From an uncultured Verrucomicrobiota bacterium (GTDB lineage: Bacteria; Verrucomicrobiota; Verrucomicrobiia; Limisphaerales; UBA8199): a DNA stretch of 64,000 nt. The translations under genes were made by a program, and so were the position numbers. Below the pieces are notes generated by a model. The model worked only from the letters and a program-made list of their open reading frames with translations. It did no database searches and was not told where the DNA came from. The stretch is from positions 124,177 to 188,176 of the forward strand of contig CAYUPI010000004.1 of the NCBI GenBank assembly GCA_964446585.1, in the 5' to 3' direction. This document shows positions 9,117 to 17,842 of this stretch, in pieces (the stretch's first letter is position 1; each line of letters opens with the position of its first letter).

Positions 9117-10427
9117 TCAGGGGTGGGGCGGTATCGGTTCCATCTCGCCCTTCGCAACTCTTTCCTGGTATTGGGTCCAGGTCATTTTCAAGTCGCCGTT
9201 GGTGGGCGAGACCATGATGATGCAGTCATCAACAGGGCAGACCAGCGAACAGAGATTGCAGCCGACACAATCGGCCTCGCGGACTTTGGGGATGGGTTTG
9301 CCGGGCACGCGCCCCGGGCCCAGGCCAAAGCCGTCCGGATTGATCAGATCGATGCATTGGTGCGCGCCGTCTTCGCAGGCGATATAGCATAAGTTGCAAC
9401 CGATGCACTTGTCGTAATTGATGCGGGCGATCCGTTTGTAATTCAGGTCGAGAGCTTCCCATTTTTGCAGCGTCGGCACGGCCTTCCCAATGAGCTCGCC
9501 AACAGTCTTGAATCCCTTCGAGTCCAGATAATCGTTGAGCCCCTCGATCATGTCTTCGACGATACGAAAGCCATAGTGCATGATCGCAGTGCAGACTTGG
9601 ACGCTCGTTGAGCCGAGCGCGATGAACTCCGCCGCATCCCGCCAACTACCGATGCCACCGATGCCGGAAATGGGCAACTGGACTTCCGGGTCCTCAGCGC
9701 AGCTCTGGACCATGTTCAACGCAATCGGCCTTACCGCCGGGCCGCCATAGCCACCGTGCGTGCTTAAGCCGGCGACGAACGGTTCGGGCACCAGGCTGCC
9801 GAGATTGACCTGCGTGATGCTGTTGAGGGTATTGATCAACGAAATGGCGTCCGCGCCCGCCTTCCGGGCAGCACGCGCGACATATACGATGTCGGTGATG
9901 TTCGGCGTCAGCTTAACGATCACCGGAATGCCTGCGGCTTCCATAACCCATTCGACAATCTTCTGGGTAACCGCCGGCTGCTGGCCCACGGCCGAGCCCA
10001 TGCCACGCTCGCACATGCCGTGCGGGCAGCCGAAGTTGAGTTCCACGCCATCGGCGCCGGCATCTGCGGAGCGCTTCAGCATCTCATGCCAGCGTTCGCG
10101 CGTATCCACCATCAGTGAGGCAATCACAGCGCGGTCTGGCCAGCGCTTCTTCACTTCGGAAATCTCGCGAAAGTTCGTTTCGATTGATCGATCGCTGATC
10201 AGCTCGATGTTATTGAAGCCAACCATCCGCATCGTGCCGACGTTCAGGGCAGCGTAACGCGACGAGACGTTGACGATGGGGTCGCCAATCGTCTTCCAAA
10301 CCACGCCACCCCACCCGGCCTCAAATGCGCGGTGACACTGGTAGGCCGTGTTCGAGGGCGGGCCCGAGGCGACCCAAAATGGGTTTGGCGATTTGATGCC
10401 GGCGAGATTGATGCTGAGATCGGCCAT
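9117..10427 (-). CDS. preA: NAD-dependent dihydropyrimidine dehydrogenase subunit PreA
   Basis: NPFWVASGPP, NNIELISDR, ELNFGCPHGM, VKLTPN, THGGYGGPAVRPIAL; two C-terminal 4Fe-4S motifs (CIGCNLCYIAC, CVGCNLCSLVCP). Confidence 0.95.
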   Translation of the reverse strand: MADLSINLAGIKSPNPFWVASGPPSNTAYQCHRAFEAGWGGVVWKTIGDPIVNVSSRYAALNVGTMRMVGFNNIELISDRSIETNFREISEVKKRWPDRAVIASLMVDTRERWHEMLKRSADAGADGVELNFGCPHGMCERGMGSAVGQQPAVTQKIVEWVMEAAGIPVIVKLTPNITDIVYVARAARKAGADAISLINTLNSITQVNLGSLVPEPFVAGLSTHGGYGGPAVRPIALNMVQSCAEDPEVQLPISGIGGIGSWRDAAEFIALGSTSVQVCTAIMHYGFRIVEDMIEGLNDYLDSKGFKTVGELIGKAVPTLQKWEALDLNYKRIARINYDKCIGCNLCYIACEDGAHQCIDLINPDGFGLGPGRVPGKPIPKVREADCVGCNLCSLVCPVDDCIIMVSPTNGDLKMTWTQYQERVAKGEMEPIPPHP

Positions 10428-10430
10428 AAA

Positions 10431-10588
10431 AAACTTTCAAATTCCAACATCCACCAACTAGATAAGCCTCAAGTCGCAAGGCACACAAAACCTCCAAAAT
10501 CCAACAACCAACTTCCAGAAAAAGCTCAAATCACAAGATCCAAAACAGATGGTTCTCGTTTGGCTGTTGGAAGTTGGAGGTTGGAGCT
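10431..10588. repeat. Heptamer array plus inverted arm downstream of four-helix-bundle gene 1
   Basis: CCAA-type units from 10431 to about 10545 (ttcaaat-tccaaca...ctccaaa-atccaac-aaccaac-ttccaga), then TTGG-type units at about 10559-10588 (tttggct-gttggaa-gttggag-gttggag). Confidence 0.75.
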
Positions 10589-11086
10589 TCATTTTTGTTT
10601 GGGTCGTTTGCGGAATATGCTGGCGAAAATCATGAGCAACTCGTGGCCTTCGCGATACAGCTTACAGGCTTCTTCGACCAAAGGGGCCTCGGAGGCGGCA
10701 ATCGTCCGCAGAAAATATTTCGTCTCCTTGGCCTCTTTAACGCAGCGACTGATCGAGAAAAAGAAATTCCCTTTCGAAAAGCTTTCGTTTGCTTCGAGAT
10801 AGTTGGCGCCGACGCTCGTGCCGCATCCAACGTTCTGATCTATCAGCCTGTTGTTCGTCGAGTCGTGAAGAATCCTCTTCGAGAAGCGCACAATCGCCTC
10901 GCCGAAATCTGGAGTCCGTTCTTCCAAATCGAACTCATGCCGCGGTTGGCCGGTTCCGTTAGGCCCCTCGTTCAACAACCAGCCCAATGCAAGCGGCTCC
11001 GGATAAGGGACTTGCTCACCAGCCTTTTTTGAAGCTTGAAGCTTGGTTTTTGTCTGGCTGTTGGCTGTTGGGTGTTGAAGTTTCAT
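10589..11086 (-). CDS. Four-helix-bundle protein (TIGR02436 / 23S rRNA IVS protein-like)
   Basis: DLEERT..FGEAIVRF, LIDQ..GCGTSVGANYLEA and KEAKETKYFL motifs. The ATG overlaps the preT stop (ATGA, 11083-11086). Confidence 0.85.
   Translation of the reverse strand: MKLQHPTANSQTKTKLQASKKAGEQVPYPEPLALGWLLNEGPNGTGQPRHEFDLEERTPDFGEAIVRFSKRILHDSTNNRLIDQNVGCGTSVGANYLEANESFSKGNFFFSISRCVKEAKETKYFLRTIAASEAPLVEEACKLYREGHELLMIFASIFRKRPKQK
11030..11082. repeat. Heptamer array at the 5' end of four-helix-bundle gene 1
   Basis: Minus strand acttcaa-cacccaa-cagccaa-cagccag-acaaaaa-ccaagct-tcaagct-tcaaaaa. Confidence 0.75.
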
Positions 11087-12543
11087 TTCACTTGCCGCGC
11101 GTATTGTTCCTCCAACTCCCCCACCCTTATCGGCCCATCGAACCCGGACCCAATTGGTGGCCCGCCTTTCACACCGTATCGCGACGGCTGGATCGGGCCG
11201 GAAATTTTTTGCCCGACGAAAAAAGCGTGAATGCCGCGCGCGGCTTTTTTGCCCTCGGCGACGGCATTGACGACTTCGCGGCCGCCATTGGCGCAGTCGC
11301 CGCCCGTGAAGACATGGGGAAGGGAAGTCTGCCCCGAGTCAGCTCGGTGAACCACCACTCCCTGTTTGTCCAGCTCCAGGTCAGAAAAGAGCTTCTTCAA
11401 CAGGCCAACCTGCTTCTGCTCGCCGATGGCTTTAATGACCATGTCGAACGGCTCGACCCAGTCGGTGCCCGGCAGAACCTGCAGCTTTCCGTTTGTGCTG
11501 GCCGTTCGAGCGAGCTTGAGCCCGGTCACGTGGCCGGTGTCGTTCGAGAGAATTTCCACTGGAACTGCATGGAAGATGAATTCGCAACCATCCGCCTTGG
11601 CCATCTCTTGCTCGAATTCGTAAGCCGGCATTTCTTCCCGGGTCCGCCGATAGATGAGCACCGCCTTCTCCGCCCCCAGCCGCTTGGCCTGGGTAACGGC
11701 GTCAATCGCCGTGTTGCCGCCGCCGATTACCGCGACTCTGTTGCCAACTGGCACCTGGTGCAGCGGCTGCGCGTGAATCTGTTCGATGAAATAAAGGGCC
11801 TCGACTACCTCGGGCAAATCTTCGCCCGCGATATTCATCCGCGCGCCGCCGCCGAGTCCGAAGCCGATAAAGATCGCATCAAACTTCTTCTCGAGTTCCG
11901 CGATGGTTATGTCGCGGCCCACCTCGACGCCACAGCGAATTTCCACGCCCAAATCCTGGACCATCCGGACTTCAAGGAGGCTCGTCTCCGGCTTCATTTT
12001 GTAGTAAGCAATGCCGTAGGTGTTCAGCCCGCCAGCCTGAGGTTTCTTTTCGAAGACCACGGCCTGATGGCCGAGCTGCGCCAGCTCGGCGGCGCAGCCC
12101 AGGCCCGCCGGACCGCCACCCAGGATCGCCACGCGCTTGCCGGACTTCCGTGCGGGCGGGTTGAACAGCTGCACTCCGTTATCATAAACGTGGTCCGTCG
12201 CGTGCCTCTGCAGCCTGCCGATTTTGACCGGGTCGCCCTCGCGATCCAGCATCACGCAAGCCCCCTCGCATAGCACCTCCGTCGGGCATACGCGCGCGCA
12301 ACTGGCACCAAGAATGTTTGCGCTGAGAATCGTGCGCGCCGCTCCGGTCAAATTCCCCGTCGTGATTTTCTTAATGAAAGAAGGGATGTCGATGCCGGTC
12401 GGACAAGCATGAATGCAGGGAGCATCGAAGCAAAACAGGCAGCGGTTGGCTTCGATGATGGCTTCATGGGGAGCATAGCGCGGAGCAATCTCGGCCATGT
12501 TGGCCGCGGCAGCTTCCGCGCCTAACTGGGGATTGATCGGCAT
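11083..12543 (-). CDS. preT: Dihydropyrimidine dehydrogenase subunit PreT (GltD-like FAD/Fe-S oxidoreductase)
   Basis: RCLFCFDAPCIHACPTGIDIP, CARVCPTEVLCEGAC, GGGPAGL, VIGGGNTAIDA; upstream of preA in the same orientation; ATG at 12543 chosen. Confidence 0.9.
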   Translation of the reverse strand: MPINPQLGAEAAAANMAEIAPRYAPHEAIIEANRCLFCFDAPCIHACPTGIDIPSFIKKITTGNLTGAARTILSANILGASCARVCPTEVLCEGACVMLDREGDPVKIGRLQRHATDHVYDNGVQLFNPPARKSGKRVAILGGGPAGLGCAAELAQLGHQAVVFEKKPQAGGLNTYGIAYYKMKPETSLLEVRMVQDLGVEIRCGVEVGRDITIAELEKKFDAIFIGFGLGGGARMNIAGEDLPEVVEALYFIEQIHAQPLHQVPVGNRVAVIGGGNTAIDAVTQAKRLGAEKAVLIYRRTREEMPAYEFEQEMAKADGCEFIFHAVPVEILSNDTGHVTGLKLARTASTNGKLQVLPGTDWVEPFDMVIKAIGEQKQVGLLKKLFSDLELDKQGVVVHRADSGQTSLPHVFTGGDCANGGREVVNAVAEGKKAARGIHAFFVGQKISGPIQPSRYGVKGGPPIGSGFDGPIRVGELEEQYARQVK

Positions 12544-12632
12544 AAAATGGCTGACAAGCAGATCAGAATAGGGGAATTCTAAGTGAAATAAAAGAAGCAA
12601 TAATAGGATTTTAGGACAACTCAGGACCAGGA

Positions 12633-13877
12633 ATGACGACACCCCTAAATCCGAAACGGACAGTCGCTGAACTCAAGGAACTGCGCAGCCTCACTTCCGA
12701 TGAGAACGGAGCGCAGCGGGTCGCCTTTACGCCGACGTGGGTCAAAGCGCGCGATTGGCTGAGAGAGAAACTCAGGTCACTGCCCGTTGAGAGCCACATC
12801 GATGCCGCGGGCAACTCCTGGACGACGCTCGCCGGTGAATCCGAGCGGGCGCTACTGATCGGCGGGCATATCGATTCGGTGCCGAACGGCGGCTGGCTCG
12901 ATGGCTGCCTCAATCTACTCGCCGGGCTGGAGATCCTGAGGCGAGTCAACGCGGAGTACGGAGGGAAGCCGCCGGTCACCGTCCGGCTGGTCGATTGGGC
13001 GGACGAGGAAGGCGCGCGGTTCGGCAAGAGTTTATTTGGCTCCTCGGCCTGTTCCGGAAACCTGAACATGGACGAGGCCCGTGTTCTAACGGACAAGCAA
13101 GGCATCCGCTTGCCGGACGCGCTCAAGAGTGTCGGCGTGGACTTCGAGCGAGTGAAGGAGAGCGGCCGGGAGCTCAAGAATGCGGGTGCCTATATCGAGT
13201 TGCACATCGAGCAAGGGCCGGTGCTGCTGGATTTGGAGCTGCCGCTGGGCGCGGTGCTGGGCACGTTCGGCGTCGAGCGGCACGCCATCACCTTTCATGG
13301 CCAGGCGGCGCATTCAGGCAGCACGCCGATGAACCGTCGCAAGGACGCCTTCCTGGCCGCGGCGAAGATAAGCCAGGAGATTTACCGCATTGCCGAACGG
13401 AGCAAGGGAGGAGTTTGCACTATCGGCTCCTGCACGACCAAACCCGGCATTGTGACGAGCGTCGTCGAAGAGTGCCGCATCACGCTCGATCAGCGTCACC
13501 TGGACGCGGCGGCCCTGGCGCGGATGCTGCAGGAGGCCAAGGCTGCAAGCGAACGCTTCGCGAAGGAAGGCAACGTCGGAGTGTCGTGGGAGCGGTTGTG
13601 GCAAATCGAGCCGGTGTTGTTTAATCCGGATTTGATAGCTTTCTGTTCGGAGGCGATAACTGAAACGTGCGGCAAAACTCACCGGCTCCCTTCGGGCCCG
13701 CTGCATGATGCCGCCGAGGTGGCGCGCGCCGGCATCCCGACGGTGATGACGTTCGTCCAAAGTCTCCACGGGATCAGTCACAACAAGATTGAAGATACCA
13801 AAGAAGAGCACCTCGAGCTCTGCGTGGCCGCATTCGATAAACTAGCGGACAAGGCGATGAAGTGGGTGGAAGGTTGA
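12633..13877 (+). CDS. M20 Zn amidohydrolase, probable beta-ureidopropionase / N-carbamoyl-amino acid hydrolase
   Basis: GGHIDSVPNGGWLDG, DEEGARFG, ELHIEQGP, HSGSTPM, SGPLHDA; divergent from preTA. Confidence 0.85.
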   Translation: MTTPLNPKRTVAELKELRSLTSDENGAQRVAFTPTWVKARDWLREKLRSLPVESHIDAAGNSWTTLAGESERALLIGGHIDSVPNGGWLDGCLNLLAGLEILRRVNAEYGGKPPVTVRLVDWADEEGARFGKSLFGSSACSGNLNMDEARVLTDKQGIRLPDALKSVGVDFERVKESGRELKNAGAYIELHIEQGPVLLDLELPLGAVLGTFGVERHAITFHGQAAHSGSTPMNRRKDAFLAAAKISQEIYRIAERSKGGVCTIGSCTTKPGIVTSVVEECRITLDQRHLDAAALARMLQEAKAASERFAKEGNVGVSWERLWQIEPVLFNPDLIAFCSEAITETCGKTHRLPSGPLHDAAEVARAGIPTVMTFVQSLHGISHNKIEDTKEEHLELCVAAFDKLADKAMKWVEG

Positions 13878-14001
13878 AGCGTTAGAACGCTGAAACGTTG
13901 AATCGTCAAGCGTGGAATGGTGGAATGGTGGAAGAGTGGGAGCGTGGAAGCGTCAAAGCGTTGAAGAGTTAAAGAGCTGAAGCGTAGAAACGTGGAATCT
14001 A
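13875..14001 (+). repeat. Degenerate 8-nt tandem array, about 16 units
   Basis: TGAAGCGT TAGAACGC TGAAACGT TGAATCGT CAAGCGT GGAATGGT GGAATGGT GGAAGAGT GGGAGCGT GGAAGCGT CAAAGCGT TGAAGAGT TAAAGAGC TGAAGCGT AGAAACGT GGAATCTA. Confidence 0.9.
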
Positions 14002-14005
14002 AGTC

Positions 14006-14530
14006 GTGGAATTGAAGCGCGTCCATTCCCTCGATGAACTGAATTCCCTATCGCAAGAGGAGTTTGTGCGCGGCGTTGGTCCTGTCTTTGAGAGTTCGCC
14101 GTGGGTTGCGGAGGGAACCTGGCCGAGGAGACCGTTCAAAGATTTGGCCGAGCTGCATCTCGCGCTTTGCGAGACGGTCCGCGGCGCGGCTGAAGAAAAG
14201 CAGCTCGCTCTGATTCGTGCGCATCCGGATTTGGTCGGCCGCGCGGCCCTGGCTGGCACGCTGAGGCCCGAATCCACTCGTGAACAGGCCAGCGCCGGGT
14301 TGAACCGGCTCCAGCCTGGCGAAATCGCCGCGTTCCAGGAATTAAACCAGGCGTATCGAGCAAAGTTCAGGTTTCCGTTCGTGATCTGCGCCCGGCTCAA
14401 CAGGAAGGAAGCGATATTGAATGGCCTTCGAGCGCGCTTGCAGCATTCAAGCGTAGAGGAGATCAAGACGGCGCTTGCTGAGATTGAAAAAATCGCTTAT
14501 CTGCGGCTGCAAGACATCGTCCGAACCTGA
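14006..14530 (+). CDS. uraD: OHCU decarboxylase
   Basis: [51 protein letters not shown]. Confidence 0.92.
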   Translation: MELKRVHSLDELNSLSQEEFVRGVGPVFESSPWVAEGTWPRRPFKDLAELHLALCETVRGAAEEKQLALIRAHPDLVGRAALAGTLRPESTREQASAGLNRLQPGEIAAFQELNQAYRAKFRFPFVICARLNRKEAILNGLRARLQHSSVEEIKTALAEIEKIAYLRLQDIVRT

Positions 14531-14535
14531 CGGCT

Positions 14536-14892
14536 ATGCCCGCCAAACTGAGCACACACGTCCTGGATACGGCACATGGTTGCCCGGCGGCTGGCATGCA
14601 GATCGAGTTGTGGTCGCTCGCTGGCGGGACGCCGAGGCTGTTGAAAACAGCGCGCACGAACAGTAATGGCCGGACCGATCAAGCGCTGTTGGCCGCCGAT
14701 GAAATCAAAGCCGGGTCGTACGAACTCATATTCTTCGTGGGCGACTACTTTGCAAGCAAGAGTGCTTCAGTGCCGAGCACGCGTTTCCTGGATCGGGTCC
14801 CCGTCCGCTTCGGTATCGCCGATCCAACTGCTTCCTATCATGTGCCGCTGCTGGTGTCGCCCTGGGCCTACAGCACGTATCGCGGGAGTTGA
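14536..14892 (+). CDS. uraH: 5-hydroxyisourate hydrolase
   Basis: [38 protein letters not shown] (transthyretin-like signature). Confidence 0.95.
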   Translation: MPAKLSTHVLDTAHGCPAAGMQIELWSLAGGTPRLLKTARTNSNGRTDQALLAADEIKAGSYELIFFVGDYFASKSASVPSTRFLDRVPVRFGIADPTASYHVPLLVSPWAYSTYRGS

Positions 14893-14908
14893 GCACATTC
14901 GTCCACGG

Positions 14909-16390
14909 ATGAGCGCCGCAAAGCCAGCCTCGGAATGGGGAAAGATGGCCACTCGGGTTATGCGGCGCCTTGAAGAGCTTGGCCAAATCAGCGACGAACC
15001 GGGCCGGCTGACGCGCACCTTTTGCTCGCCTGCGATGCGCCGCGCGAATGACCATGTCGGTTCCTGGATGCGCCAAGCAGGCATGACGATCCGTCAGGAT
15101 GCCATCGGCAATCTGGTCGGCCATTACCCCGGTCAAAGTGCGAAGTGCGAAGTGCGAAGTGCGAAATGCGAAGTCCATCCTCCTCCGTCAGAAGCACTGC
15201 GGAGGACAATAAGTCCATCCTTCTCTGTCAAGAGCGCTGCGGGGGACAAGAAGTCCAAAGTTCTGCTGCTTGGCTCGCATCTCGATACGGTCCGGGATGC
15301 GGGCAAATTCGACGGCGCTCTGGGCGTGCTGGTAGCCATTGCCTGTGTCCAGAAGCTCCACGAGCGTGGCAGCCGGCTGCCATTTGACATTGACGTCCTC
15401 GGTTTTGGAGATGAGGAAGGCATCCGGTATTCCACAGCCTGCCTGGGTAGCAGGGTCCTCGCGGGAACTTTCGACCGACGCGATTTGAAACGCCGAGACG
15501 CCAACGGCGTCACCATGAGGGAGGCCATCCGCGAATTCGGCGGACGCCCGCAAGCATTGAGCGGCGCGCGGTTCGATCCCGAACGGTTGCTCGGGTACGC
15601 CGAGATCCACATCGAACAGGGACCTGTGCTGGAGCAGCAGAATCTCGCGGTCGGCGTCGTGTCCGCCATAGGCGGTCAAACCCGCGCTCGGATTTCGTTC
15701 ACTGGGCAGGCCGGACATGCCGGGACCACTCCGATGAACCTGCGCCGGGATGCGTTGTGCGGTGCCGCCGAGTTTATTTCGGTAGTCGAGGCGCTCGCTC
15801 GGAAACAGCGCGGGCTGGTGGCTACTGTCGGCGAGCTCAAAGTGCTCCGCGGCGCTTCCAATGTGATTCCCGGCCAGGTCCAGCTCAGCCTGGACGTGCG
15901 GCATGCGGAAGACGCCAGGCGGCGGGCCGCGTGCGCCGAATTGAAAAAGCGTGGCCGGGCCATCGCTTCTGAAAGAAAATTGCGATTTGAATGGAAACCG
16001 GTCAGTGAGTCACCTGCCATTCGGTGTGATCGATGGCTCTCTCAACTAATGAAGGAAGCCGTGCAGCGGCAGCAGGGCTCGGCCGTGAGTTTGCCCAGCG
16101 GGGCAGGGCATGACGCGGCGGCCATTGCGGCTATCGCCCCCGTAACTATGCTCTTCGTCCGGTGCAAGAACGGTCTCAGCCATCATCCGGCGGAATACGC
16201 CTCGAAAAGGGACGTGGGCATCGCTATGGCCGTCCTGGTTGATTTTTTGCGGGGGCTGGCAAAGAGATTTGGAACGTCCTGCGAGTCACCGACAGTGCGT
16301 AGCCGTGGACGTCAGTCGGCGCTGAAAAGCACGCGGGAAGAAGGTCCGCCGACTCACGTCGGCGGCTACAATTCAGCCCGCGATTTGTGA
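14909..16390 (+). CDS. allC: Allantoate amidohydrolase with repeat-derived internal insertion and C-terminal extension
   Basis: DAIGNLVG, GSHLDTVRDAGKFDG, DEEGIRY, EIHIEQGP, HAGTTPM, SGAGHDA, SHHPAE; lies between uraH and allB. Confidence 0.88.
   Translation: MSAAKPASEWGKMATRVMRRLEELGQISDEPGRLTRTFCSPAMRRANDHVGSWMRQAGMTIRQDAIGNLVGHYPGQSAKCEVRSAKCEVHPPPSEALRRTISPSFSVKSAAGDKKSKVLLLGSHLDTVRDAGKFDGALGVLVAIACVQKLHERGSRLPFDIDVLGFGDEEGIRYSTACLGSRVLAGTFDRRDLKRRDANGVTMREAIREFGGRPQALSGARFDPERLLGYAEIHIEQGPVLEQQNLAVGVVSAIGGQTRARISFTGQAGHAGTTPMNLRRDALCGAAEFISVVEALARKQRGLVATVGELKVLRGASNVIPGQVQLSLDVRHAEDARRRAACAELKKRGRAIASERKLRFEWKPVSESPAIRCDRWLSQLMKEAVQRQQGSAVSLPSGAGHDAAAIAAIAPVTMLFVRCKNGLSHHPAEYASKRDVGIAMAVLVDFLRGLAKRFGTSCESPTVRSRGRQSALKSTREEGPPTHVGGYNSARDL
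15136..15256 (+). repeat. AAGTGCG heptamer array followed by an imperfect 40-bp tandem duplication inside allC
   Basis: AAGTGCG x4 plus AAATGCG at 15136-15170; units 15171-15210 and 15211-15250 match at 33/40 positions by manual alignment. Confidence 0.9.
16299..16369. repeat. GTAG-type REP inverted pair inside the allC 3' end
   Basis: gtagccgtggacgtcagtcggcg (16299-16321) vs reverse complement of 16347-16369, gtagccgccgacgtgagtcggcg: 20/23 identity. Confidence 0.85.
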
Positions 16391-17763
16391 GCGATTCCAA
16401 TTTTGATCTCCTCATCCGGCGTGCCTCTGTCGTTACCGAGAGCGCCATCAACCGCATGGACATCGGCATCGCTTGGGGCCGCATCGCGGCGCTAGGGCCC
16501 GAGCTCAGCGGCTCTGCCCGCGAGACCATCGACGCCTCCGGGTTGCACGCCTTTCCCGGGTTGATTGATTCCCACGTCCATTTCAACGAGCCGGGCCGCG
16601 CGCATTGGGAAGGGTTCGACTCCGGCTCCCGCGCTCTCGCCGCCGGCGGCGGCACGCTCTTTTTCGACATGCCGCTCAATTCGACGCCGCCCACGATCGA
16701 CGCCGCCAGTTTCGATCGGAAACTCGCCGCCGCGCAGGCTAATTCGCTGGTGGATTTTGCGTTTTGGGGTGGACTCGTGCCGGGCAATGTCCAGCACATG
16801 GAAGCGCTCAGCGAGCGCGGTGTGGTCGGCTTTAAGGCGTTTATGGCCGACAGCGGCATCGAGGATTTCCCCCGGGCGGATGAAGTAACGTTGCGCGCTG
16901 GGATGAGGCAGGCCGCCCGATTGGGAAAAATTGTCGCCGTCCACGCGGAAAGCGAAGAGATGATTCGCTCGAAGACCGACCAGCTTCTGTCAGCCGGGTC
17001 CTCGTCCGCTCGCGATTACCTCGACTCTCGGCCCATCCCCGCCGAGCTCGATGCCATAGGCCGAGCGCTGGACATGGCTGGGGAGAGCGGCTGCGCATTG
17101 CACATCGTGCATGTCAGTTGCGGCGCGGGTGTTGCGCTTGTCGCTTCCGCTCGAAAGCAAGGAGTGAACGTTACCTGCGAAACTTGCCCACACTACCTCA
17201 CGCTGACTGAAGAGGACGTGTTTCGGTTGGGTGCAGTTGCGAAAAGCGCCCCGCCACTGCGTGCCAAACCAGCCCAGGATTCTTTGTGGGAGTACCTCAG
17301 GTCGGACCAGATCACCACGGTGGGCTCCGATCACTCGCCGTCGCCTCCCGAGCTGAAGACCGGCACGAATTTTTTCAGAGTCTGGGGCGGCATTTCCGGC
17401 ATTCAGCACACGCTGCCGCTTCTTCTTACCGAAGGCCACGTCCAGCGCAACGTCGTTCTGCCAATTATCGCGCGGCTCACCTCTTTCAATGTCGCTGAGC
17501 GATTTGCGCTGCCGGCTGCGAAAGGTCGAATTGGCCTGCAGGCCGAGGCGGATTTCGCGCTAGTGGATCTGGGGCTGTCTTCCGAAGTCCGGGCCGGCGA
17601 TTTGCTGTGCCGACACCCGCAAACGCCTTACATTGGACGCACGTTGACAGGCAAAGTTGTCCGGACCATTCTCCGCGGGCAAACGGTTTGTCTGGACGGG
17701 AAAATTGTCTCGCAACCGATGGGCCGTTTGGTCAGACGGGAAGGCTCGACGAGCCCAAAATGA
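16387..17763 (+). CDS. allB: Allantoinase
   Basis: PGLIDSHVHFNEPGR.HWEGF, GGGTLFFDMPLNS.PPT, VHAE, HIVHVS, CETCPHYL, PPLR, GSDHSP, WGGISG. Confidence 0.93.
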   Translation: MSDSNFDLLIRRASVVTESAINRMDIGIAWGRIAALGPELSGSARETIDASGLHAFPGLIDSHVHFNEPGRAHWEGFDSGSRALAAGGGTLFFDMPLNSTPPTIDAASFDRKLAAAQANSLVDFAFWGGLVPGNVQHMEALSERGVVGFKAFMADSGIEDFPRADEVTLRAGMRQAARLGKIVAVHAESEEMIRSKTDQLLSAGSSSARDYLDSRPIPAELDAIGRALDMAGESGCALHIVHVSCGAGVALVASARKQGVNVTCETCPHYLTLTEEDVFRLGAVAKSAPPLRAKPAQDSLWEYLRSDQITTVGSDHSPSPPELKTGTNFFRVWGGISGIQHTLPLLLTEGHVQRNVVLPIIARLTSFNVAERFALPAAKGRIGLQAEADFALVDLGLSSEVRAGDLLCRHPQTPYIGRTLTGKVVRTILRGQTVCLDGKIVSQPMGRLVRREGSTSPK

Positions 17764-17842
17764 CGGCGAGCCGTGGAGCTATTGATTTTTGCGGCGCGCG
17801 ACGTGTTGACCTTAGAATGCAGCAGATTTGAACCGCTTAGTT

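Noticed and set aside
10987-12273. Long antisense ORFs (also 3595-4587, 30045-31283, 50508-51731 and others)
   Set aside because: Shadow ORFs opposite well-supported genes, expected at high GC; no motifs.
13875-14001. CRISPR array
   Set aside because: Units are 8 nt with no unique spacers and no cas genes are present.
14666-14908. Long N-terminal extension of allC in the ORF track
   Set aside because: Overlaps uraH in another frame; ATG 14909 fits better. Similar over-extensions were trimmed for preT, thiD, thrC, cusB and Fe-ADH.
15171-15256. Mini-CRISPR from the 40-bp duplication
   Set aside because: The two units are similar along their full length with no spacer, and they lie in-frame within allC.
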